Shown here: positions 27,803 to 36,629 of the stretch, piece after piece | Position numbering within the stretch: position 1 is the stretch's first letter | How the letters are laid out: every line of letters begins with the position of its first letter | Source of the DNA: Acidimicrobiia bacterium | GTDB taxonomy: Bacteria; Actinomycetota; Acidimicrobiia; Acidimicrobiales; Iamiaceae | Reading direction: 5' to 3' | NCBI GenBank assembly: GCA_039812605.1 | Contig: JBDIAX010000017.1 | Span: forward strand, 847-64,846 | DNA: 64,000 nucleotides | Notes under the pieces: generated by a model | What the model saw: the letters and a program-made list of their open reading frames with translations, nothing else | Databases searched by the model: none | Told to the model about the DNA's origin: nothing | Program-made: the position numbers and the translations under genes

Positions 27803-29632
27803 TCAGCCGATGGGGGCGACCACGGGGCGCGCTCCCATCCCGGTGGACACCTCGACCCCGCCCACCACCCGTCGCAGGGGAGGCGATCGCTCGTCCACGA
27901 CCGATCGCACCGACCACCGGTGGCCGACGAGCGCGACGAGCGCGCCACCTCCCGACGATCGGACGACCAGGACATCGACCTGCCGCACCCCGGCCCGGCG
28001 AAGGTCGTCGAGGAGGTCGACCGACGGGCTCGCGTCGTAGGCATCGATGACCGTGGCCTCGCGAGCGCGGGTGATGACCGCGCCGCTGGGGAGCTCGACG
28101 ACCGTCGGCGGATGGCGAAGCGCCAACGCCGGCGCCACGAGGCACAGCACCCCCGCCAGTGCTGCCGCGCCCTGCAGCAGCGGCCGACGGGCACGGAGGA
28201 GGAGAGCGACGCACACCGTGAGCACGATCACGTGAGGTGCCTGGAGGTCGCCCAGCGGCGACGCCGCCGCGACTCGGGCCACCCCAGCGACCCAGCGAGC
28301 CCCGGCGATCGTGGGCAGGTGGATCCAGCGGATCCGACCGTCCCCGATCCATCCCCCCAGCAGGCCGGCGGGCAAGCCCCAGGTGGTGACCAGCGCGGCC
28401 GCCGGCCCGGCGATCACGTTGGCGGGCAGGGCGACCACCGGCAGGCCCCCCGACACCGGCAGGAGCACGGGAGCCACCCCGATCTGCGCGGCGATCGAGG
28501 TGCCCACGGCGTCGGCGAGCGCCCGGGGACCGCGAAGGCGGGCGGCGATCGGCGGCCCGAGCAGCGCGACGCCCGCGGTGGCGGCCACGGAGAGGCGGAA
28601 CCCCACCGATCGGACGAGCAGCGGATCGACCAGGACGAGCGCGGACACCGCCAGGGCAAGGACGCGCCACGGCGGCGATGGGCGCCCCACGGTCCGGCCC
28701 GTGACGGCCACGGCGGCCATCGCGATGGCGCGGAGGACCGAGGGCTCGAAGCGGGTGACCGCGCCGAACGCACCGAGCACCAGGAAGGTGAGGGTCGCTC
28801 GCCCGCCCAGGCCGAGCCGCTCGGTCAGCGGACGACAGAGGGCCAGGACGAACGCGACGTTCTGGCCAGACACCACCAACAGGTGGGAGAGGCCGCTCCC
28901 CCGGAAGTCCGCCACGGTCGCTGGACCTTGGTCGCGACCGTCACCGAGGACGAAGCCCATGACGAGGGAGCGATCGGTGCGGGTCCAGCCTCCCAGGCTG
29001 TCCTCGATCGCCCGCCGCAGCCGGTTGGCCGCCCTCGCCGCGGCACCCCCCGCATCGACGCGCTCGACCCGATCGGCGTCCAGCATCCCGACCAGGTGCC
29101 GGGGAACCATCCACCCAGCACCCTCGGGCGGGGGCCGCGTGCGCCCTTCGACCTGGACCCGCTCCCCCGCCAAGGACCGCTCCAACGCCCCGGCGCCGTG
29201 CTCGGATGCTCGGAGGAGCCAGCGGTGCCCACCGAAGCGAACGTCGGCGCTCACCCCGTACGGGGAGCGCACGGGATCCGACACCAGCGTCGCCGTGGCC
29301 GTGATGGGGGCGCGAGCTGCGCCCTCGAGCCCCTCCAGCGAACGTCCCGCGAGGCTGGCCGCGAGCAGCCCGGCACCCATGACCGCGAGCCACGGAGACC
29401 GAAGGCCACCAGCGACGCCCAGCGCCGCGAGCGCGGTGGCGAGCGACACCGATGGGTGCCACCACGCGCCGACCACCGTCGCCGCCAGGAGCGCGACCAC
29501 CGCTCCGTCGCCCAGCTGACGCCGCGGGGCGCTCGGAGGTGGGAGCGCGGCATGGTCCGAGGCGCCTGGCGAGCTGACGGCGCTGGCCGCGCCCGCGGGC
29601 ACCGTGCGCTCGGCGCCGGGTGACCAGCTCAT
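27803..29632 (-). CDS. comEC: DNA internalization-related competence protein ComEC/Rec2
   Basis: Tail of ORF 27803..29944, from ATG at 29632, which overlaps the comEA stop (ATGA). Polytopic; FRGSGLSHLLVVSGQNVAFV competence-domain motif. Confidence 0.85.
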   Translation of the reverse strand: MSWSPGAERTVPAGAASAVSSPGASDHAALPPPSAPRRQLGDGAVVALLAATVVGAWWHPSVSLATALAALGVAGGLRSPWLAVMGAGLLAASLAGRSLEGLEGAARAPITATATLVSDPVRSPYGVSADVRFGGHRWLLRASEHGAGALERSLAGERVQVEGRTRPPPEGAGWMVPRHLVGMLDADRVERVDAGGAAARAANRLRRAIEDSLGGWTRTDRSLVMGFVLGDGRDQGPATVADFRGSGLSHLLVVSGQNVAFVLALCRPLTERLGLGGRATLTFLVLGAFGAVTRFEPSVLRAIAMAAVAVTGRTVGRPSPPWRVLALAVSALVLVDPLLVRSVGFRLSVAATAGVALLGPPIAARLRGPRALADAVGTSIAAQIGVAPVLLPVSGGLPVVALPANVIAGPAAALVTTWGLPAGLLGGWIGDGRIRWIHLPTIAGARWVAGVARVAAASPLGDLQAPHVIVLTVCVALLLRARRPLLQGAAALAGVLCLVAPALALRHPPTVVELPSGAVITRAREATVIDAYDASPSVDLLDDLRRAGVRQVDVLVVRSSGGGALVALVGHRWSVRSVVDERSPPLRRVVGGVEVSTGMGARPVVAPIG

Positions 29633-30426
29633 CGGACGGTGACCAGCGGCCGGAGCTGCTCGAGCTTGGCATCGCCGATGCCACGCACCTCGAGGAGGTC
29701 GTCGACCGAGGCGAAGGGCCCCGACGACTCCCGGTAGGCGATGATCGCCGAGGCGGTGGCCGGTCCGACGCCCGGGAGCGAGTCGAGCGCGGCGGCATCG
29801 GCCACGTTCAGGTCGATGAGCGCCGAAGCTGGCTCCCCCGCGGCCGGATCGCCGGTGCCCGTAGCGACCTCGGGGACCGACCCGCCCCCGCCGCGACCCG
29901 CGACCACGTCGGGCACCTCGTCCACCCCGAGCGGCGGGACCCACACCCGCTCGCCGTCGGCCACCGGCGAGGCGAGGTTGATCCGGTCCGGATCGGCATC
30001 CTCGGCGAGTCCGCCGGCCGCTCGCACCAGGTCATCGACCCGAGCACCCGGAGCGAGGCGGTACAGGCCCGGCGAGCGGACCGCTCCCGCGGCCTGCACG
30101 ACGACCTCCGCCGTGGTGGTCGTCGACGTCGATCCCAAGGGCGCCGCCTCCGCGAGCGTCGAGGCGGCGCCCTGGTCCGCAGCGCCAGCCACCGGCATCG
30201 TGGACTCGATGGGCACCGAGGCCGGGCGGAGGAACCACCAGCCAGCCACCAGGAGCACCACCGCACCGACGATCGCGAGGAGCAGCGGGCGGGCGGGAGG
30301 GCGTCCGAGCGGCGCAAGCCCATCGGACCTCAGCAAGCGCCGGCCCAGGGTGGCGAGGGCCCCGGCAGCCAGCGGATCGTCGGCCGGGCCTTCGGCCAGC
30401 GGCGGCGGGATGGAACGGTGGGCCAC
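29629..30426 (-). CDS. comEA: ComEA family DNA-binding protein (SLBB plus helix-hairpin-helix)
   Basis: LIDLNVADAAALDSLPGVGPATASAIIAYRESSGPFASVDDLLEVRGIGDAKLEQL; N-terminal TM helix. Confidence 0.85.
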   Translation of the reverse strand: MAHRSIPPPLAEGPADDPLAAGALATLGRRLLRSDGLAPLGRPPARPLLLAIVGAVVLLVAGWWFLRPASVPIESTMPVAGAADQGAASTLAEAAPLGSTSTTTTAEVVVQAAGAVRSPGLYRLAPGARVDDLVRAAGGLAEDADPDRINLASPVADGERVWVPPLGVDEVPDVVAGRGGGGSVPEVATGTGDPAAGEPASALIDLNVADAAALDSLPGVGPATASAIIAYRESSGPFASVDDLLEVRGIGDAKLEQLRPLVTVR

Positions 30427-30539
30427 GACCCCTCCGAGGCGCGACGGCGACGGTTGCGGGGAAGGCGACCTCGACCGTACCCGCCCCGCACCGCTCGCTC
30501 ACCCGATGCGACGCAACTGGCGCAGGCTGCCGCAGGTGA

Positions 30540-30908
30540 TCAGGCGGGACCCGTCGGGGAGCGGAGCTCCGGCCCGGTGACCACCCCGAGGCCGATCGCT
30601 CGACGGGCACGCCACTCCGCGGTGGCCTCCGCGGGGATGCGTCGGTACGCCGGTCGGTGCCCCCAGCCCCGGAGCCGCAGGGCGAGGTAGTCGCCGAGGT
30701 AGCGGACGAGGAAGCCGACCATGCCGAGCTGCTCGTACTGGCGGACGTGCTCGAGCTCGTGGGCCAGCAGGTGGGCGCTGCCCGCAGACGCTTCCCGCAC
30801 GATCACCAGCGTGCCGAGGGTCCACGCGTCCGCGCCAGGGGGCACCGGCCCACCGATCCAGAGCCGGTAGCCCTGGCATCGCTCGACGCGCCCCCATCGC
30901 ACGGCCAC
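30540..30908 (-). CDS. DUF4157-like small protein with an HExxH metallopeptidase-type motif
   Basis: Tail of ORF 30540..32054; GTG at 30908 or 30902. AWTLGTLVIVREASAGSAHLLAHELEHVRQYEQLG. Confidence 0.55.
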   Translation of the reverse strand: MAVRWGRVERCQGYRLWIGGPVPPGADAWTLGTLVIVREASAGSAHLLAHELEHVRQYEQLGMVGFLVRYLGDYLALRLRGWGHRPAYRRIPAEATAEWRARRAIGLGVVTGPELRSPTGPA

Positions 30909-30946
30909 CAGCGTGGTGCCCGCGCGGCCGCACGGGGCGGATGCTC

Positions 30947-31675
30947 CTAGAACAGCTGGCGCGAGAGGGCCTTGCGGTACGCCGCGGTGCGCGGGTCGTC
31001 GGCGCCCATGAGCTCGAGCAGGTCGAGGAACTCCTGGCGAGCGCCTTCGTCGTCCTTCACCCGCTCGAGCAGCGCGTCGAGCTTCGCCTCCACCCCCGCC
31101 AGCGGCCCGTCCTCGTCGGCCTCGTGGCCGGGGGTGCCGTGGGTGCGGGCGAGCGCCGCCACCCGGCGCGTCTCGGCCGTCTCGGGGACCTTGGCCAGCT
31201 CGGCCAACGCCTCGTCGGTGCGGCCCTCCCCCACCAGCAGCTCGGCCAAGGCGACCGTGGCCGCCGGGTGCCCGGGCACGGCGACCAGGGCCTGGCGGAG
31301 GGCGACCTCGTCGCCCGCGTCCATGAGGTCGGCCACCAGCTCCTCGTCGGCGCTCGGCAGCAGGGACTCGACGAACTGGCGAACCTCGGCCTCGGGGCGG
31401 GCGCCCACGAACGACCCCACCACCCGGCGCTTCGAGATGGCGAAGACCGCGGGGATGCCCTGGACCTGGAACGCGTCGGAGAGCCGGGGGTTGGCGTCGA
31501 CGTCGATCTTGGCCAGCTCCACCTGCCCGCCCGTGGACGCCACGACATCCTCGAGGATCGGGCCGAGGGTCTTGCAGGGCCCGCACCAGTCGGCCCAGAG
31601 GTCGACCACCACCGGCACCTCGTCGGACCGCTCCAACACGTCCCGCTCGAACGTCGCCTCGCTCACATCGACCAT
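30947..31675 (-). CDS. thioredoxin-domain plus TPR-like co-chaperone (YbbN/CnoX-like)
   Basis: VVVDLWADWCGPCKTLGP thioredoxin motif, followed by a helical C-terminal domain. Confidence 0.85.
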   Translation of the reverse strand: MVDVSEATFERDVLERSDEVPVVVDLWADWCGPCKTLGPILEDVVASTGGQVELAKIDVDANPRLSDAFQVQGIPAVFAISKRRVVGSFVGARPEAEVRQFVESLLPSADEELVADLMDAGDEVALRQALVAVPGHPAATVALAELLVGEGRTDEALAELAKVPETAETRRVAALARTHGTPGHEADEDGPLAGVEAKLDALLERVKDDEGARQEFLDLLELMGADDPRTAAYRKALSRQLF

Positions 31676-31755
31676 GGCGGCACGATACCGGCGCTCCGCC
31701 CGGGTCGTTCAGAAGCCGGGGAACCGAGCGAGGGGCGCGAGTAGGTTCGCCCGCG

Positions 31756-32793
31756 ATGAGCGACGAGACCACCATCGCCGGGATCGACGTCGAGCCGGTC
31801 ACCGCCTGGTTCACCCAACGCACCAATGCCGTGGCGCCCTTGCGCTTCGAGCTGATCGCCGGCGGCCGGTCCAACCTCACCTTCCGGGTGCGCGACGCGG
31901 CCGACGGCGACTGGGTCCTGCGCCGCCCACCGCTGGGCCACGTGCTGGCCACGGCCCACGACATGGCCCGAGAGCACCGGATCATCTCCGCGCTCGCCGC
32001 CACCGACGTGCCGGTGGCACCCGTGGTCGCCCTCGAGACCGACGAGGCGGTCAACGGCGCGCCGTTCTACGTGATGGGCTTCGTGGAGGGCACCGTCGTG
32101 CGCGACGGGTGGGTGGCCGAGACGATCCCGGTGGATCGGCGCGCCGCCATCGGCCGGTCCATCGCCGCGACCCTCGCCAAGATCCACGCGGTGGACCCCG
32201 ACGCCGTCGGCCTGGGCGACCTCGGGCGCAAGGAGGGCTACATCGCCCGCCAGCTCAAGCGGTGGAACGGACAGTTCGAGCAGGCCGCCCAGCGCGAGGT
32301 GCCCGAGGTGACCGAGGCCTACCAGCGGCTGCTCACCGGCATCCCCGAGCAGGGGGCCGCGGCCATCGTCCACGGCGACTACCGGCTCGACAACTGCATG
32401 GTCGACGACGCGGGCGAGGTCATCGCGGTCCTCGATTGGGAGATCTGCACGCTCGGCGACCCCCTCGCCGACCTCGGGCTCCTGATGGTCTACTGGACCG
32501 AGGCCGACGACCCGATCGCCGCCCTGCCCGGCGCAGCAACGAGCCTCGAGGGGTTTCCGTCCCGAGCGGAGCTGGTGGCCGAGTACGAGGCGGCCGGCGG
32601 TCGACCCGTCGGTGACCTCGACTACTACGTGGCGTTCGGGTACTGGAAGCTCGCCTGCATCCTCGAAGGCGTGTACACCCGCTACAAGGCCGGCGCCATG
32701 GGCGACGACGGGGCCGATGCGGAGGTCTTCGGCGATACCGTGCGCCTCCTGGGCCGCGCGTCGCTCGACGCGCTCGATCGCATGGGAGGCTAG
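31756..32793 (+). CDS. phosphotransferase (APH/choline-kinase-like) family protein
   Basis: IVHGDYRLDNCMV and VLDWEICTLGDPLADL catalytic motifs. Confidence 0.85.
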   Translation: MSDETTIAGIDVEPVTAWFTQRTNAVAPLRFELIAGGRSNLTFRVRDAADGDWVLRRPPLGHVLATAHDMAREHRIISALAATDVPVAPVVALETDEAVNGAPFYVMGFVEGTVVRDGWVAETIPVDRRAAIGRSIAATLAKIHAVDPDAVGLGDLGRKEGYIARQLKRWNGQFEQAAQREVPEVTEAYQRLLTGIPEQGAAAIVHGDYRLDNCMVDDAGEVIAVLDWEICTLGDPLADLGLLMVYWTEADDPIAALPGAATSLEGFPSRAELVAEYEAAGGRPVGDLDYYVAFGYWKLACILEGVYTRYKAGAMGDDGADAEVFGDTVRLLGRASLDALDRMGG

Positions 32794-32798
32794 GAAGC

Positions 32799-33674
32799 GT
32801 GCTGTACGAGCTCCACGATCGACCGTCGCTCGACGAGCCGGTGCTGGTCATGGTCCTCGAAGGCTGGATCGACGCTGGCTACGCCGCCACCACCGCCGCG
32901 CAGACCCTGCTCGCTGGTGTCGACTCGTACCCCGTCGCCACGTTCGACACCGATGCGCTGCTCGACCACCGGGCCCGCCGACCGATCATGCACCTGGTCG
33001 ACGGGGTCAACACGGGCCTGTCGTGGCCGAGCCTGGAGCTGCGGGCCGGCACCGACCAGGAGGGCAACGACCTGCTGCTGCTCCTCGGCGCCGAGCCCGA
33101 CCACTCCTGGCGGGCCTTCACCGAAGCCACGCTCGAGCTCGCCCAGGGGTTCGGTGCGCGCATGGTGGTGGGCCTCGGGGCGTACCCGGCCACCGTGCCC
33201 CACACCCGGCCCGTGAGCTTGTCGGTGACCGCAGCGAGCGCGGACCTGGCCGCCGCCTCCGGCCTGCTCCGAGGGACGCTCGACGTGCCCGCCGGCGTGC
33301 AGGCGGTGCTCGAGCGGCGCGCCGACGAGCTCGGCCTGCCGTCGATCGGCCTCTGGGCGCAGATCCCCCACTACGTGGGCGGCGACCCGATGCCGTACCA
33401 CGCGGGCAGCCTGGCGCTGCTGCGCGAGCTCGAGCGCACCGCCAGCCTCACGCTGCCCATGGGCACCCTCGCGCAGGATGCCGAGGAGACCCGTCAGCGC
33501 CTCGACACGACGGTGCAGGGCAACCCGGAGCACCTGTCGATGCTGCAGGCGCTCGAGCAGCGCCACGACGAGATGCTCGCCACCAACCAGGCCGGACCCG
33601 ACCTCGAGGTGCTCTCCGCCGACGAGCTGGCCGCCGAGGTCGAGCAGTTCCTGCGCGACCAGTCGCCCGACTGA
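32799..33674 (+). CDS. PAC2 (proteasome assembly chaperone 2-like) family protein
   Basis: PVLVMVLEGWIDAGYAA...LLLGAEPDHSWRAF...GLWAQIPHYV. Confidence 0.75.
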   Translation: MLYELHDRPSLDEPVLVMVLEGWIDAGYAATTAAQTLLAGVDSYPVATFDTDALLDHRARRPIMHLVDGVNTGLSWPSLELRAGTDQEGNDLLLLLGAEPDHSWRAFTEATLELAQGFGARMVVGLGAYPATVPHTRPVSLSVTAASADLAAASGLLRGTLDVPAGVQAVLERRADELGLPSIGLWAQIPHYVGGDPMPYHAGSLALLRELERTASLTLPMGTLAQDAEETRQRLDTTVQGNPEHLSMLQALEQRHDEMLATNQAGPDLEVLSADELAAEVEQFLRDQSPD

Positions 33675-33681
33675 GCGCCGC

Positions 33682-36558
33682 TCAGGCGTCGACCTGGTCG
33701 AGCACGGCGAGGATGTCGTCGCCGTAGCGATCGAGCTTGGTGGGACCGATGCCGTCGCACGCCGCGAGCTCGGCCGCCGTGACTGGGCGGGCCAGGGCGA
33801 TGCCGCGGAGGTGCGCGTCGTTGAGCACCACGTACGCGGGCACGCCGTCGTCCTTCGCCCGGGTGGTGCGCCACGCTCGCAGCACCTGCTCGGCAGCGGC
33901 CGCTGCGCCCCACAGCTCGGTGGGCGCGACGAGCGTTGCGGTGCGGCCGTCGTGCTCGACCCGCTCGCCGAAGCGCACGGTGAGCGATCCACCTCCGGCG
34001 AGGGCCAGTCGTGCCGACCGCGCGTCGACCTCCTCGATGGTCCCCTCGTAGCCGCCGAGCACCTTGAGCGCCCGACCGCGCTCGGCGGCGATGCCGTCGG
34101 CGGCGGGGCTCGCGCCAGCGGCACGTCCGCTCCCCTTCGAGCCACCACCCTTGCCCTGCTTGAACAACGGCTCGACCGTCGTCGGGCGGGCAGGGCCGCG
34201 AGGCGCGACCGGGCGCTTGGGCGCGGTGCCGTCGAGCTCGTCCAAGAACGGGGACGGGCGGGAGGCGTCGACCAGGAGGGCGACACGGTGGCGCCCGCGG
34301 GTGATGCCGACGTGGAGGACGCGCCGCTCCTCCTCGCGATCCTCGCCGAGGCGATGGGGCACCACGCCGTCGGAGACGCCGAACAGCGCGACCCGGTCCC
34401 ACTCGCGCCCCTTGACCCGGTGGATGGTGGACAGGACCACGCCGGCGGGGTCGGGCTCGCGGGCGAACAGCGCTCGCAGCCACGGTTCGAAGCCCACCGG
34501 ATCCGGATGGAGGTCGGCCACCCCCAGCAGCCCCTCCAGGTCATCGAGGTGGCTGGAGCCCTGTGCGGCGCCGGTGCGATCGAGCAGGTTCATCGCCGAT
34601 CCGAGGCCCACCTCGTCGCGCACCACCTCGAGGATCGAGCGCGTCGTGCCCTGCCTCGCCGCGGCACCGACGGCCGCGAGGTCCCCGGCCAGGCGAAGCA
34701 CCTTCGCCGCCTCCTTCTCCGGCACCTGGTCGGCCACCGAGCGGAGCTGCTCGACCGACCACCGGCCTCGGCGCTCGAGCCGCTCGGGGAACCACTGGGG
34801 CAGGCCGCGTGTGGGTCGTCGGAGGATCTCGACGATGTCGCGCGGGTCCATGGCGTCGCCCGCCACCGCGAGCCGGAGGTACGCGAGGGCGGCACGCAGC
34901 CCGGTGCGCTGGAGCACCTCGGGGCGCAGCACCGAACGCAGCGGCACCCCGGCGTCGGCCAGCGCGACCTGCGGGGCGAGCAGCAGCGAGTTCACCCGCG
35001 CCAGCACCGCGATCGCCGACGCCGGTGCGCCCTCGTCGGTCCACGCGCGCACGAGGTCCACCGTGGCCACGCCACCCTCGTCGGGAGCGTGGCGCACCAC
35101 CGATAGCGCGTCGGCGGTGGCGTCGGCGTCGGGGCCCGGATCGATCTGCTTGTCGACGCGCCGGCGGTTGTAGCCGAGCAGGGTGCGTGCCGCGCCGACG
35201 ACCTCGACGGGACATCGGTAGTTGATGGTGAGGGGATGCTCCCCCGCCTCGGGGAACAGCACGCCGTAGTCGATCAGGAACGCTGGGTCGGCCCCGACGT
35301 GGCCGTAGATGACCTGGTCATCGTCGCCCACCCCGAACACGTCGAGCGCAGGGAGGGCCAGCAGGCGCAGCAGCAGGACGTGGGCCGGCGTGAGATCCTG
35401 GAACTCGTCGACCAGGAGGTGGCGCACGCGCTGCTGCATCGCACGGCGGAACTCGCCGTCGGCCAGCAGCGCCTCGACGGCGCCGTAGATCTGCTCGTCG
35501 AAGTCGACCGCCCCTCGCTCGGCGAGGTGCGCCCGGTAGGGGCCGAACAGCTGGGCGAGGCCGTCGACGTCGTCGCGCTCGCCTTCGACCTCGGCGGGAT
35601 CGCGCAGCCCCAACCGCACCAGGCCCAGCGCCTCGAGGTAGGGACCGATCGGGTCGGTGTTGGCACGCTGGCGGCGCCGGCCCGGCAGCAGCGAATCGAC
35701 CACCCGGCGGCACTCGCGCTCCTCGAGGACCGCCGGCGAGCCGCCCCGATGCTGGGCGAGCACCCAGAGCCCCAACGAGTTGAGCGTGCGCACGCGTGGG
35801 CGGAACGCCTCGCACCGCCGTTCGAGCTCGAGCTGGGCCTCCTTGTTGTAGGCCACGGCGAGCACGCCGTCGCGCTCCCAGCCGCGATCGCCGAGCAGGT
35901 GGCGCAGCCGCTCGGTGAGCACGCGGGTCTTGCCGGACCCCGCGGGAGCGATCACCCGCGCCGGCCCCGAGGGGTGCGCGACCGCTGCGAGCTGATCGGG
36001 GGCCAACGCCGCCCCCGGCTCGACGGGCTCGGGCGAGCGGGTGAGCGCACCGAGCTCGACCGACTCCGCGGCCACCACGGCATGGCCGCCCAGGGCATCG
36101 AGCGCCCACGCCCGGCGCGGTCCGCCGTCGATCCATGCCGCGGTGCCGTCGGGGAGCACGACGTCGGCGAGGTCGCCATCGGGCGTCGGCGTCGCCCCCA
36201 GGCGCTGGGCCTTGCGCGCCCACCACCAGACGAGGCTGCCCCCGCGAGCGTCGTAGGTGTTCGCCCACACGAGGAAGTGCAGGCGATCGAACCACGGTTC
36301 GGCATCGGCGCCGAGCTGCCAGACCTCGCCACCGATCGACACCGGCGCCCGGAAGCGGGCCGGATCGACCGCGAGCTCGACCACCACGGGCTCGCGCCGG
36401 GCCCACGCCACGTGCAGGCGAGCCACCACCGGGCCCGGTGCCCCCAGCGCGGCGTCGTCGATCGGCACCACCGGCGCGCTCATCCACGGCGCGGGGATGG
36501 CGTCGCCTGCGCCGATGACGACGCCGCGGCCGAGGGCGAGAGGTCCGGGAACGGGCAC
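33682..36558 (-). CDS. UvrD/Rep-family ATP-dependent DNA helicase with C-terminal HRDC-like domain and an N-terminal extension of about 190 aa
   Basis: APAGSGKTRVL (Walker A), LLVDEFQDLT, TIHRVKGREWD, and C-terminal VLNDAHLRGIALARPVTAAELAACDGIGPTKLDRYGDDIL. ATG at 36483 is an alternative start. Confidence 0.85.
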   Translation of the reverse strand: MPVPGPLALGRGVVIGAGDAIPAPWMSAPVVPIDDAALGAPGPVVARLHVAWARREPVVVELAVDPARFRAPVSIGGEVWQLGADAEPWFDRLHFLVWANTYDARGGSLVWWWARKAQRLGATPTPDGDLADVVLPDGTAAWIDGGPRRAWALDALGGHAVVAAESVELGALTRSPEPVEPGAALAPDQLAAVAHPSGPARVIAPAGSGKTRVLTERLRHLLGDRGWERDGVLAVAYNKEAQLELERRCEAFRPRVRTLNSLGLWVLAQHRGGSPAVLEERECRRVVDSLLPGRRRQRANTDPIGPYLEALGLVRLGLRDPAEVEGERDDVDGLAQLFGPYRAHLAERGAVDFDEQIYGAVEALLADGEFRRAMQQRVRHLLVDEFQDLTPAHVLLLRLLALPALDVFGVGDDDQVIYGHVGADPAFLIDYGVLFPEAGEHPLTINYRCPVEVVGAARTLLGYNRRRVDKQIDPGPDADATADALSVVRHAPDEGGVATVDLVRAWTDEGAPASAIAVLARVNSLLLAPQVALADAGVPLRSVLRPEVLQRTGLRAALAYLRLAVAGDAMDPRDIVEILRRPTRGLPQWFPERLERRGRWSVEQLRSVADQVPEKEAAKVLRLAGDLAAVGAAARQGTTRSILEVVRDEVGLGSAMNLLDRTGAAQGSSHLDDLEGLLGVADLHPDPVGFEPWLRALFAREPDPAGVVLSTIHRVKGREWDRVALFGVSDGVVPHRLGEDREEERRVLHVGITRGRHRVALLVDASRPSPFLDELDGTAPKRPVAPRGPARPTTVEPLFKQGKGGGSKGSGRAAGASPAADGIAAERGRALKVLGGYEGTIEEVDARSARLALAGGGSLTVRFGERVEHDGRTATLVAPTELWGAAAAAEQVLRAWRTTRAKDDGVPAYVVLNDAHLRGIALARPVTAAELAACDGIGPTKLDRYGDDILAVLDQVDA

Positions 36559-36588
36559 GCCCGCAACCTACCCAGGGGCACCGACATC

Positions 36589-36620
36589 GGGGCCGGCCGG
36601 GCTCGCGCCCGGCCGGCCCC
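36589..36620 (-). terminator. GC-only hairpin (14-bp perfect stem, 4-nt loop) downstream of the giant surface-protein gene; no U-tract
   Basis: GGGGCCGGCCGGGC-tcgc-GCCCGGCCGGCCCC, 10 nt beyond the stop at 36630. Confidence 0.55.
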
Positions 36621-36629
36621 TCCGGGGGG

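Noticed and set aside
27623-29623. 666-aa plus-strand ORF
   Set aside because: It is antisense to comEC, with an Arg/Pro/Gly/His-rich composition. It is an artefact.
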